A stretch of 64,000 nt of DNA from NCBI GenBank assembly GCA_002269645.1, contig NIVC01001347.1, positions 62,001-126,000 on the forward strand, given 5' to 3'. The stretch comes from Macrostomum lignano (lineage: Eukaryota). The position numbers were made by a program, and so were the translations under genes. Under the pieces are notes generated by a model. That model had not been told where the DNA came from. It made no database searches and was given only the letters and a program-made list of their open reading frames with translations. This document shows positions 1 through 12,700 of this stretch, in pieces. The first letter of the stretch is position 1; each line of letters opens with the position of its first letter.

Positions 1-14
1 TTTTTGACTTTATT

Positions 15-638
15 TTAGGCAAAAACGAATTGAAACGATTTGAAACAATTAGCGCAATTGAAACAGTAACGCAACTGACAGCAGCATGTGCTGCACTCCC
101 TCTGTCCATTGTCAAAATACAGATGCAGATGCTCAGTGGGGCTCCTGGGGCGGTCCGATCGTGAAAGTGCAGTTGGTGAAACTTTGTTGGTCTTTGGCAA
201 CGATTGCACCTCCGCTTCGTCCATCTCCTTCTCCGCTCCAACTTTCGGAACACCGTCGGGTCCCACCTCCGGTAGGATGACGCCCAGAATGTCGTCGTCA
301 TTCTGCCCGGGATCTTCCAGGTAGGCTATGAAACGAGAAAGGTCGTCGTCGTCCCTATGATCGGCCGAACTTAGATGCGTCAAGAGTCGCAACTCTGGTG
401 CGGTGACACCGTTTAAGGCGTCAACAGGTAGATTAGCCCAATTTATCATTTGCAAGTTTAAGGCGCTCACTGGTGGTTCAGACTGTTCAGGCTTGGGGCT
501 TCTACTCTTGCCTTCCTTCCTTCCTTCCATCCTTCCGTCAGCTTTAGCCAATGTTTTTTTGTCTATGGTCCATCCTTCTCCTCTGCCCAGCCAATCCTCA
601 CGAACAAGTAGAGCTATTTTTATACCGTCATTGAGCAA
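15..638 (-). other. Unassigned 207-codon ORF, acidic with a Cys-rich end
   Basis: Non-repetitive, GC-rich open frame; no recognised motif; could be an exon or TE fragment. Confidence 0.3.
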
Positions 639-698
639 CGTTGCTCAATGACGGTTTGTGCAACGGAGGAAATCTTGTCGGGTGCGTTTGTCAATGTT

Positions 699-799
699 GT
701 TGTGTATGCGGTTGCCTCATAGACAATAAGAATTGTCACTCGTGGCTTCGCCACTCGTGACAATTTCTTATTGTCTATCTCGGCAACCGCATACACAAC
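699..799. mobile_element. About 100-bp near-perfect hairpin, probable non-autonomous DNA element
   Basis: Arms gttgtgtatgcggttgcc..atagacaataagaattgtcac / gtgacaatttcttattgtctat..ggcaaccgcatacacaac around a central gtggcttcgccac hairpin. Superfamily unknown. Confidence 0.55.
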
Positions 800-1624
800 T
801 TACCATTATTCTATGGCCTACCCGAGCCTTAATGATTGTCCAAGGAACGCCATTATTCCAGGCTTCCAACGCGCATTTCAACCATAGACAATACAGTTTA
901 TTTAACAGAAGTGACGATAAATACACTAGGCAATTGAGAATATGCTCGTACATACATGTAAATATAAAACATGCGTATTATAACCTGGCCCTGCCTTAGA
1001 AAACAGACCCTTTAAAGAGTCTTTAGTCTAGGAAAATCATAGTCCATGGTCGACCGAATACCCTCTAACTCTTCCCTTTAGTCTTTCTATCCAAGCTCTA
1101 AAATTGATCGCGGGACTCGGGTAGGCCATAGAATAATGAGCGTTTTTTGACGAGTGGCAGTCGATCATTATTTAAGGCTAATACATACTACACAATCTAC
1201 CATTGATACTTGAAGACTGCCCTGGAATTGTAACTTCATACGAGACAACAGCAGAGCTAATTGCGGCTGTTTCTCTTGCTGAAGGTGCCTTAGGTGCATA
1301 TGACATAGTTTCAACACTCATACATCTCATTCTAAATGTCAATCATGAAATTTATCAGCGAGAGATGCTACTAATATCGAAATGCTTCGTTTGATTGAGA
1401 GAGGACACACCCCTACGAGGTACTCAGCCATCTGTAATTACTCTTCGTCTCCTTTACGATCGGCATAGGATGCGTTATAAATCCCTGCGTATTTTTGACC
1501 CCGCAATCAATCGCGATTCCTTTGCACTTCTGATGCATCAAGTCAGCACTGATGGACACGTCATGCAGTCAATGTGGGTGACTATAACTGCTTTTTTCAT
1601 GTGCAACTCTACTTGAATTCCCAG

Positions 1625-4600
1625 TTCGGCCACATCCACTTCTGCGCCAAACAGATGGTGCTGGAGAAATTCGACGAGAAGACCTGGGCTAAAATCCTGT
1701 GAGTTTCAAAACAGTGAGATCGTTGCTTTCTAGAGATGATAGCACTCCGCAATCACTGCTGCTACTCAACTGTAACCTGTGAATGCCCATTGCAGCCTCA
1801 CGGCAGAACTCGACGACTACGAAGATTTCCAACTTTTAAAGGGCTACCCGGATCGGAAGACTTTTCTGCTGATTGAGACCATCTCTAAAGTTGTTGGTAA
1901 GCCAATGCGCTGATTTGTAGGCGAAATTTTATGAATACCAACTCAAGTCTTTTGATGTACCGTCACTCTTCCCTGCGGGTCTGTGATGTACCGTCACTCT
2001 TCCCTGTGGGTCTGTGATGTGCCGTCACTTTTCCCTGCGGGTCTGTGATGTACCGTCACTCTTCCCTGTGGATCTGTGATGTACCGTCACTCTTCCCTGT
2101 GGATCTGTGATGTACCGTCACTCTTCCCTGCGGGTCTGTGATGTACTGTCACTCTTTCCTGTGGGTCTTTTGATGTACCGTCACTCTCCCCTTGGGTCTT
2201 TGATGTGCCGTCACTCTTCCCTGTGGATCTGTGATGTACCGTCACTCTTCCCTGCGGGTCTGTGATGTACCGTAACTCTTCCCTGCGGGTCTATGATGTA
2301 CCGTCACTCTTCCCTACGGGTCTGTGATGTACCGTCACTCTTCCCTACGGGTCTGTGATGTACCGTCACTCTTCCCTGCGGATCTGTGATGTACCGTCAC
2401 TCTTCCCTGCGGGTCTGTGATGCAAGGACTACTTAACAACTCACTAACATCAGAGGACCCACAGGGAAGAGTGACGGTACATCAAGACACAAGACAAGAG
2501 TGACAGTCAAGGACTACTTATCAACTCAGGACGCTACACTCGCGAATGGTAGAAATTCTAGAAAAAGCCCCTTGCTTTAGCTGTGTCTATGGCAATGAAG
2601 CCTTTTCACTAAAATTCTTTCATATTCTCAATTCTGGTTCAGACCAGCACTGCTGGTTTGTAGCAATAATTTGTTTCGTCTAAAATCTTGATAAATAGCA
2701 ACACTCTTTTTCATCAAAATGCCAATGAAGTGCTGCATCCCTGGATGCAGAAGCAATTATAAGAGCGGTGAAAAATGCTTTCCAAAGGAAGAAGCTGAAG
2801 CTGAGGCATGGCTCAATGCGTTGCCTGTGCAAGTTAAGGTAATTTATGTAGCCTTTTGAACCTAATTTTTCGTTTCTACTATAAAGATACTTATATTAAC
2901 TGAATTGTGATGATCATTCCATTCTATCTGTAGAAGGCTAGCATCTACACGGGAGTCTGCAAAAATCACTCGCCTGAAAATGCACCACTGAAACGAATTA
3001 ACCACCATACACGCCCCATCGACCCACCCTCAATCTTTAAAGATTTTTCATTGACTTCCCTGCGTCAGACTGTCTCAAGTAAGTATGAATGGTTGTGTAC
3101 TTTGTTTACTTACTAAGTTGTATCAGCCTGTTTCAAATATTTTAGGACGCTCTAGAGATGCTGGTCGGCGAGGCGTGCTGTTAGTCGACAGAGCTAGGGC
3201 CCCTGATGAATGCTGTCGACAGAATTGTCTCGTGGGCACTATTCATTACGTCAGCTTTGAGCCTGGATTTTGTTACCTCCGGAGGCTGGATTGTTCAATG
3301 TCAGGATTTGCGAGTCGATTTTTTGCTCATTCATGAGCGCACTGTTGAGTCCTTCGTTCGAGTTAAGAGCGAATTCACAGTCTTGGCGTATCGGCGCGAT
3401 GTGCTTGTAAAGATTTCTGACATATTAGGTTTTCAGCACAGGCTGCAGCGCTACAGTCAGCTGGAAGCAATTGCAAGCTCTACAATCTCTGCAAGCTCTG
3501 CAGCTCAGTCAAACATAGATGCGCTTCAGTCGATCTGGTGGCGCTCGGTACAACTGCATGGATATTTTGATGGCGGCTAAGATATATTTTGCTGGAAGAC
3601 AAGCGTATCGAGCTGCGAGAGAACTAGCGTGTCTGCCTCATCCAGCTACTCTAAAACGGCACATCGGCGGACTCGGTTCAGTTGGTACAGATAAAGATTG
3701 TCAGCTTATTATTGAAGCTCATTTAAAGTGCTGCAGCCCGTTGCAGCGTATCTGCTCTATTGTCTTCGACGAAGTTTACGTGCAGCCTTCCTTACGTCTT
3801 TGTGGAGGCCACGTTATTGGATATGCAGAGGATGCACCATAAAATTTGGCAAGAACTACTCTAGCTATGATGGTTAAGCCATTTATGGGAGCTTCTGCTT
3901 TTGTCGCTCGACTCATTCCTATATACAGTCTACGACCAGAATTTTTGTACGAGCAAATCGTGCGGCTGTTAGAAATTTTGCATGGTTTCGGTGGAACAGC
4001 CATAGCCATAATCTGCGACAATCATTTCACTAATCAAAGCTGTTTCCGAAGATTTCAGCGGGAAAGTGACTCACAACCATGGAAGGCAGTGAATCCAGTA
4101 AACAAGAATAAACCTTTGTTTCTACTATACGACAGTGTTCATTTGATGAAGAATATTCGCAACAACTGGTACACCCAATCGCACAGACAACTTGAGTTCC
4201 AGTCAATATCAGACAGCGGAGTATAGCTAGATGGAATGATATTATTGAAATTGAGGAGCGATCGCGTGGTCACGTAGTTCGACCAACTACGCTCAGTCCG
4301 GTGTCTTGCCACCCGTCACCATTGGAACGACAGAAAGTTTCTCTAGTGCTTGATGTGTTCAATGATAAAACGGTTGCTGCTCTTCGTTTGAATAGTCGTC
4401 TTGAAACAGCGGATTTCGTTGAGTGTACTAAAATTCTGGAAAATCGTAAACTGCAAGTCGCCATCTGCACACGTCCTACTTAATGACAAATATAGAGAGC
4501 CAATTAAATCAAAAGAGTGCGAAAATTTGACATTTCCACTCCAATTTGCTACTCTGATTAAAGGGATGTCAGGCGGCCGAGGAGCGGGACGATTGCGTTC

Positions 4601-6615
4601 ACTGACGACAGAGACGCGAAACGCATTGTACCAAACTGTAAGAGGCCTTGTAGATTTAAGTAGCCATCTCATACAATATTACGGCTTTTCTTACGTGCTA
4701 CTTGGTGAGTTTGATAATAATTAACAACTGCTAGATGAATATGCACACCGTTGTTTTTTATGAAAATCGACAGTGATTGTACTAAACCTTTTAGGTGAAT
4801 GCCAGTCGGACCGACTCGAGGGAGAGTTTTCCATTTATCGTCAAGGTCATGGAGGCTGCTATTACATATCAGTGGATCAGATTATGGCTAGTGCTCGCCT
4901 CCGCCCCATGCAGCTCTATGCGCAACTTCAAGCTTCGCCACCAGATCACTCGCCATCAGCATGTTGTCAGCATGATGTCACCGATGAAGAGACTGTCAGT
5001 TTTGACGAGCTAAGTTTATCCGTTGCTCGAATTTCTACCGAAGAAAAAGCCTCTCTTTACTACATTTGTGGCTACGTTTCACACAAAGAAAATTTGCCTG
5101 ACCGAACAATTGCAACAAGTTTGCCTGGTCTGGATACTTCCACTGCTTCATTCTCTAGGTTCTGGGCAGCGTTGTGTTAACAGTTCCGTGCTTGTATTTG
5201 AGAAAATCTTCGGAAAATTTTTTGATGTTCAACTGGACCGAGATCTGCTGCGTGGAGTGCCTCGAAGACTGGCCAACTCCATCTATAAAGGCATGGTGCG
5301 CAGAGATTCCGAGACGTCCAGACAATCAACCACCGTTTGCTCTCGCCGACTCTGCAAACTGAAGCCTAGCTGAATGTTTCTTTCAAACACCTGCATATTT
5401 TCTTTGTTATAGCCATCTATGTTTTCCTTATACAGTTATGTACGGAGTTTCCCAATTCCTTGCATATCGTACTTTTCAATTGTCATTTACAATTCTTATG
5501 CTGGGAATATTTGCATATATTTATTGTTTGTATAACTGTAAAAATAATTATTATAGCGCAAAACTTTTATAATCCATAGAAATAAAGACTTTCCGTGACA
5601 ATATTTGCGTTCTCCGGGATTTTATTTGGTAATATTCAATAATATCCCGTAAAGTCTTTATGTCTATGGTTTATACGAGATTACACATGCCTTTTTCGGG
5701 AGTTATTTTCATAAATCCCTCGGGCCTCAGGCCCTCGTGATTTGTACAAATGGCTCCCTCAAAAGGCATGTTTAATCTGATACATAATCATCTATCACTT
5801 AGTACTTGCTTCTTTATCCAAAAGGCTTATTAAAAAACCATAGACAGCCAAATCAAGCGGCCTTTTCTAGAATTTCTACCATTCGCGAGTGTAGCGTCCT
5901 GAGTTGTTAAGTAGTCCTTGACTGTCACTCTTATCTTGTGTCTTGATGTACCGTCACTCTTCCCTGTGGGTCCTCTGATGTACCGTCACTCTCCCCTTGG
6001 GTCTTTGATGTGCCGTCACTCTTCCCTGTCAGTCTTTTGATGTACCGTCACTCTTCCCTACGGGTCTGTGATGTACCGTCACTCTTTCCTGTGGGTCTTT
6101 TGATGTACCGTCACTCTTCCCTGTGGATCTGTGATGTACCGTCACTCTTCCCTGTGGGTCTGTGATGTACCGTCACTCTTCCCTGTGGGTCTTTGATGTA
6201 CCGTCACTCTTCCCTGTGGGTCTTTGATGTACCGTCACTCTCTTCAATTAGTTCGTATTCAGAACTTTTTTAAAAATTGCGGGTTTCCTGACTTATTGCG
6301 AAATTTCCCAATAAATCTTTTTTTAAGTTCAACATCGTAGAAATTAATCTCTCGTTCGGGGACAGCAGGAAACAGACAGCCTTAATTACAGATTGACTAA
6401 TCACGCTCCGCTCAGTGCATTCAGCTCAGGCTGTTCGATAGAGATGAAACCAGGAGTATAATTTTTGCACTAAGACAGTGCAAAGCTGGGTAGTCTAGTT
6501 AGTGGCTAAAGCTCTGCTGCGAGAGAACGGACATTAAGATTGAATTAGCATTGAAGCTAGCCTTGCTAATGAATGCTAAGTCATGCGATCTACTGTGTCT
6601 GTCCTTCTGTCTGAC

Positions 6616-6674
<59 letters not shown>

Positions 6675-6675
6675 T

Positions 6676-6755
<80 letters not shown>

Positions 6756-9700
6756 GCTCTTTCTGCTTCTATTTTGTTTCTCTGGCACTCAAGCCATTGC
6801 CATTGTTCTCAGCCTCTTCGTCTCTCACTGAATCCGCCTGCAGGCATCGAAGTGCCCGCCCTGCTCGAACTCTACGGCGAGTATTTTCTAACGTACGCCA
6901 TTCGCATGAACTTCGCCTCCATGATCCGGTCGCTGGGAGACGATCTGAGCACCTTCATAGTTAACCTGGACTCGCTGCACAACCTGCTGCAGCTCACCTA
7001 TACCGAAATGGTTCCGCCATCGTTTCTGTGAGTCCGACTCAAAAATAAACCCGTTAGCCTTCAGATGCGCCGCGCAATAGCTGCGGCTGAGCTGTCGGTT
7101 GCACATCTGCCCATTAGGACAGGTGTAATCAATTATTATTATTGTTGACGTTCCAGAAATGCATTTAATTGAAGTCTTTTAGGGTACTTTCTCCGCGAAT
7201 AAATCGCCAATCCCTCCAACTATTTTCTAGTGGCGAGAGCGGCGGCCCAGTCATGCTGGTCACTTATAACAGTACGCGAAGGGGCCTGTACCCCATTGCG
7301 GTTGGTGAGTCTCCTTTGTCAGCCACTGTCAAGTCTCTCTTGTCAGCCACTATCAAGTCTCCTTTGTCAGCCACTGTCAAGCCTCCTTTGTCAGCCAGCC
7401 ACAGTCAAGTCTCCCTTGTCAGCCACTGTCAAGTCTCTTGTCAGACAGTCACTGTCAAGTCTCCCTTGTCAGCCAATATCAAGTCTCCCTTGTCAGCCAA
7501 TGTCAAGTCTCCTTTCTCAGCCAATGTCAAGTCTCACTTGTCAGCCAATGTCAAGTCTTCCTTGTCAGCCACTCTGTCAAGTTTCTTGTCAGACAGCCAC
7601 TGTCAAGTCTCCTTTCTCAGCCACTATCAAGTCTCCTTTGTCAGCCACTATCAAGTCTCCTTTCTCAGCCACTGTCAAGTCTCCTTTCTCAGGCACTATC
7701 AAGTCTCCTTTCTCAGCCACTATCAAGTCTCCTTTCTCAGGCACTATCAAGTCTCCTTTCTCAGCCTCTATCAAGTCTCCTTTCTCAGGCACTATCAAGT
7801 CTCCTTTCTCAGGCACTATCAAGTCTCCTTTCTCAGCCACTGTCAAGTCTCCTTTCTCAGCCACTGTCAAGTCTCCTTTCTCAGCCACTGTCAAGTCTCC
7901 TTTCTCAGCCACTGTCAAGTCTCCTTTCTCAGCCACTGTCAAGTTTCTTTTGTCAGACAGCCACTCCCTACAGCCTTCTACTGTAAGCAGCAGCCGCTCG
8001 AGGACTTCTAGACTAAAACGTATTCCTAGTAGTCCTTTGCAGCCAGCGGTAGTTCTGATGCAAACTACACCTGGAATCAACGCGCCCGCAGGTCTGCTCC
8101 GCGCGGTGGCTGCCCAAATCTACAACCAAGTCGTGGAAATCGTGGCCAAAAAGACAAATACTGAATTTCCAGAGGGCACAGCCTACGTTGAACAGGTGCT
8201 CCTCGAGATACGAGTTGTGAGCGACTCCGCCGACTCGCCGAGTCCCCTGCCGTCGCGAAGCATCGAGCAAGAGTCCGAAGGCATCCTGGCCGAGTGCGCC
8301 GGGCCGCAACCGTTGCTAAGCAACGCTCAGCTGACCAGCCTGCTGCCCTACCACCTGGTGCTGGACAGGCAGATGCGGATTGTGCAGTGCGGCAGGAAGC
8401 TGCGCCAGTTCAACTCCGGCATCCGGCCGGGCGCCGCGTTCGGCGAAGCCTTCAGCATCGCCAATCCGCTGGTTGGCGCCGAGTTCGCCGAGATTCTGCG
8501 CTTCATCAACTCGGCCTTCACGCTGGCCTTCCGGAGGCTGCACACGTTGGAGCAGAGCAAACAGGTGGTGCCGCGAACGATATTCGTGAAAGGTGCGCTG
8601 GTGGGCGTTGGTGGATATCAGCTGGTCAAGTTTAGTCACGTGACTGTAGATCAGTGTCAGCTGGTCAAGTTTAGTCACGTGACTGTAGATCAGTGTCAGC
8701 TGGTCAAGTTTAGTCACGTGACTGTAGATCAGTGTCAGCTGGTCAAGTTTAGTCACGTGACTGTAGATCAGTGTCAGCTGGTCAAGTTTAGTCACGTGAC
8801 TGTAGATCAGTGTCAGCTGGTCATATTTAGTCACGTGACTGTAGATCAGTGTCAGCTGGTCATGTTTAGTCACGTGACTGTAGATCAGTGTCAGCTGGTC
8901 ATGTTTAGTCATGTGACTGTAGATCAGTGTCAGCCGGTTATTTCTAGTCACGTGACTGTAGATCAGTGTCAGCTGGTCATGTTTAGTCACGTGACTGTAG
9001 ATCAGTGTCAGCTGGTCATGTTTAGTCATGTGACTGTAGATCAGTGTCAGCCGGTTATTTCTAGTCACGTGACTGTAGATCAGTGTCAGCTGGTCATGTT
9101 TAGTCACGTGACTGTAGATCAGTGTCAGCTGGTCATATTTAGTCACGTGACTGTAGATCAGTGTCAGCTGGTCATGTTTAGTCATGTGACTGTAGATCAG
9201 TGTCAGCCGGTTATTTCTAGTCACGTGACTGTAGATCAGTGTCAGCTGGTCATGTTTAGTCACGTGACTGTAGATCAGTGTCAGCTGGTCATATTTAGTC
9301 ATGTGACTGTAGATCAGTGTCAGCCGGTTATTTCTAGTCACGTGACTGTAGATCAGTGTCAGCTGGTCATGTTTAGTCACGTGACTGTAGATCAGTGTCA
9401 GCTGGTCATATTTAGTCACGTGACTGTAGATCAGTGTCAGCTGGTCATATTTAATCACGTGACTGTAGATCAGTGTCAGCTGGTCATATTTAGTCACGTG
9501 ATTGTAGATCAGTGTCAGCTGGTCACGTGTCTTACATTTTACCTGGAACAGGCCAGATGCGCCACCTGGCCGAGCCGGACCTCCTGGTGTTCCTGGGCTC
9601 TCTGCGGGTGGCCAACCTGGACCAGATGCAGCAGGACAGCCTCTACATGTCCGACATTCCGCTGTTCGACGTCACCAGGGAGCTGATCACCATCAACCAG

Positions 9701-12700
9701 CAGCAGAAGGCCGACCACACTATTAAGTAATGAAGCTATCGGTACCTGTAAAATATTTATTAATTGCATAATGCTCTTTTACACTGAGAATACTGCACTT
9801 CTATCTTTGTGTGCTCATGTTCTGCGGGCTTCTATCATTGTGTGCTCATGTTCTGTGGGATTCTATCATTGTGTGCTCATGTTCTGTGGGATTCTATCAC
9901 TGTGTGCTCATGTTCTGTGGGATTCTATCACTGTGTGCTCATGTTCTGTGGGATTCTATCACTGTGTGCTCATGTTCTGTGGGATTCTATCACTGTGTGC
10001 TCATGTTCTGTTTGATTCTATCACTGTGTGCTCATGTTCTGTGGGCTTCTATCATTGTGTGCTCATGTTCTTTGGGCTTCTATCGTTGTGTGCTCATGTT
10101 CTGTGGGCTTCTATCATTGTGTGCTCATGGGCTTCTATTATTGTGTGCTCATGGGCTTCTATCATTGTGTGCTCATGTTCTGTGGGCTTCTATCATTGTG
10201 TGCTCATGTTCTGTGGGCTTCTATCATTGTGTTCTCATGTTCTGTGGGCTTCTATCATTGTGTGCTCATGTTCTGTGGGCTTCTATCATTGTGTGCTCAT
10301 GTTCTGTGGGCTTCTATCATTGTGTGCTCATGTTCTGTGGGCTTCTATCATTGTGTGCTCATGTTCTGTGGGCTTCTATCATTGTGTGCTCATGTTCTGT
10401 GGGCTTCTATCATTGTGTGCTCATGTTCTGTGGGCTTCTATCATTGTGTGCTCATGGGCTTCTATTATTGTGTGCTCATGGGCTTATGCCATGCATGCTC
10501 AGCGATGCTCAGAAGGCAAGCGACACTGCCTCTTTTTTGCAGCCAGAAGCTGAACGAGGCCACAGCTCAGCTGTCAAAGACGACTCAGGCGCTAAACGCG
10601 GAGAAGCGCAAGACGGACAACTTGCTCTACCAGATGCTGCCGAAGCGCGTCGCTGAGTCGCTGCGCAACGGAGAACGCGTCGACGCTGAAAAATTCTCCA
10701 TGGTAACGGTGCTGTTCTCGGACATTGTCGGCTTCACCGATATTTGCTCTGGCAGCCCGCCTGAGGAGGTGGTCAGCATGCTGAACAGCATCTTCACTAA
10801 GTTTGACAAGCACACCGAAGTTAATCAGGTGTACAAGGTGAGCCTGTGCGGTTGATGAAACAAGAATGACTAATGTTGAATGATAGGGAGCCAGAGCCCA
10901 GTGGTCCAGCGCGGCGCTCTGATGTGCCAGCGGCCCAGGCTCGATTCCAAGTGCAGTCACATTACTTTGGGGCTGAATTGGAATCTCGGCTTGGCTCTGC
11001 TCGTGCAATTAACGGCCTTGAAGGCCAACCCCCAAGGCACAGTGAAGTGTATACATGCCTAACGATAAATATAGATAGGGCCGCTAAATAAAGTAAAGTT
11101 AGATAAATAAAAAAAGTTAGAACCACACACGTAACTTGTTTCATTTGAAATTCCGGCGTGCAGAAGGTCAGTTTAATGCAATCAAGTGGTCCATACACTA
11201 TGCTCGTATAAATTATTCGAAACTGAAAAGCCTAGTTTATATAAAGTACATTTCTAACTTTGTTAATATCTTTGCCCGCCATGTACAGGTGGAGACCATC
11301 GGCGATGCCTACATGGTGGTTGGCGGCTGCCCGGACAGAACCGAGGACCACGCGCAGCGGGTGGCCGACCAGGGCCTGGACATGCTGGCCAGTTCGCGGC
11401 TGGTGCGGGCCGCCGGTAGCTACAAAGACTGCAGCATTCGGGTAAGGTCTTTGTGGATTAGTCAGTTCTGTATATGTCTTGAGTGCTTATGTGCTGTGTG
11501 CTTGTGTGCTTGTGTGCTTGTGTGCTTGTGTGCTCATGTGCTCATGTGCTTGTGTGCTTGTGTGCTTGTGTGCTTATGTGCTTGTGTGCTATGTGCTTGT
11601 GTGCTTGTGTGCTCATCTGCTTGTGTGCTTGTGTGCTTGTGTGCTTATGTGCTTGTGTGCTTGTGTGCTTATGTGCTTGTGTGCTTGTGTGCTTGTGTGC
11701 TTATGTGCTTGTGTGCTTGTGTGCTTGTGTGCTCATGTGCTTGTGTGCTTGTGTGCTTATGTGCTTGTGTGCTTGTGTGCTTGTGTGCTCATGTGCTTGT
11801 GTGCTTGTGTGCTTGTGTGCTTGTGTGCTTGTGTGCTTATGTGCTTGTGTGCTTGTGTGCTCATCTGCTTGTGTGCTTGTGTGCTTGTGTGCTTATGTGC
11901 TTGTGTGCTTGTGTGCTTGTGTGCTTATGTGCTTGTGTGCTTGTGTGCTTGTGTGCTCATGTGCTTGTGTGCTTGTGTGCTTATGTGCTTATGTGCTGTG
12001 TGCTCATGTGCTTATATGATGTGTTCTTGTGTGCTGTGTGCTTGTGTGCTTGTGTGCTTGTGTGCTCATGTGCTCATGTGCTTGTGTGCTTGTATGCTTA
12101 TGTGCTTATGTGCTGTGTGCTCATGTGCTTATATGATGTGTTCTTGTGTGCTGTGTGCTTATGTGCTTGTGTGATTATGTGCTTGTGTGCTTATGTGCTT
12201 GTGTGCTATGTGCTTGTGTGCTTGTGTGCTTGTGTGCTTGTGTGCTTATGTGCTTGTGTGCTTGTGTGCTCATGTGCTTGTGTGCTTGTGTGCTTATGTG
12301 CTTATGTGCTGTGTGCTCATGTGCTTATATGATGTGTTCTTGTGTGCTGTGTGCTTGTGTGCTTGTGTGCTTGTGTGCTCATGTGCTCATGTGCTTGTGT
12401 GCTTATGTGCTTATGTGCTGTGTGCTCATGTGCTTATATGATGTGTTCTTGTGTGCTGTGTGCTTATGTGCTTGTGTGATTATGTGCTTGTGTGCTTATT
12501 TGCTTGTGTGCTATGTGCTTGTGTGCTTGTGTGCTTGTGTGCTTATGTGCTTGTGTGCTTGTGTGCGTGTGTGCTCATGTGGTTGTGTGCTTGTGTGCTC
12601 ATGTGCTTGTGTGCTTATGAGCTTGTGTGCTTATGTGCTTGTGTGCTTATGTGCTTGTGTGCTTGTGTGCTCATGTGCTTGTGTGCTTATGTGCTTGTGT

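Larger units (their letters stand above)
2423..5920 (+). mobile_element. P-element/THAP-type DNA transposon, decayed, in intron of sGC copy 1
   Basis: About 58-bp TIRs 2508-2565 / 5863-5920 (CAAGGACTACTTA(T/A)CAACTCAGGACG..., 1 mismatch), plus an extra 21-bp TIR stub at 2423-2443. Internal THAP and P-transposase remnants. No 8-bp TSD visible. Confidence 0.88.

Noticed and set aside
1046-1577. Start-codon exon for sGC copy 1 (ATG|gtcgac at 1046 or ATGTGG|gtgact at 1572)
   Set aside because: Weak donors or a 47-nt intron; neither can be chosen without transcript data.
7183-7230. Longer version of sGC copy 1 exon using the acceptor at 7182
   Set aside because: In frame, but the 7230 acceptor gives a 74-nt exon identical in length to the paralogue's; kept only as a possible minor isoform.
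7230-9686. 818-aa ORF as a novel repeat-containing cyclase protein
   Set aside because: It is one true exon flanked by stop-free 24-bp and 39-bp intronic repeats. Canonical splice sites bound the exon, the paralogue lacks both repeats, and retaining either intron (787 or 959 nt) shifts the frame.
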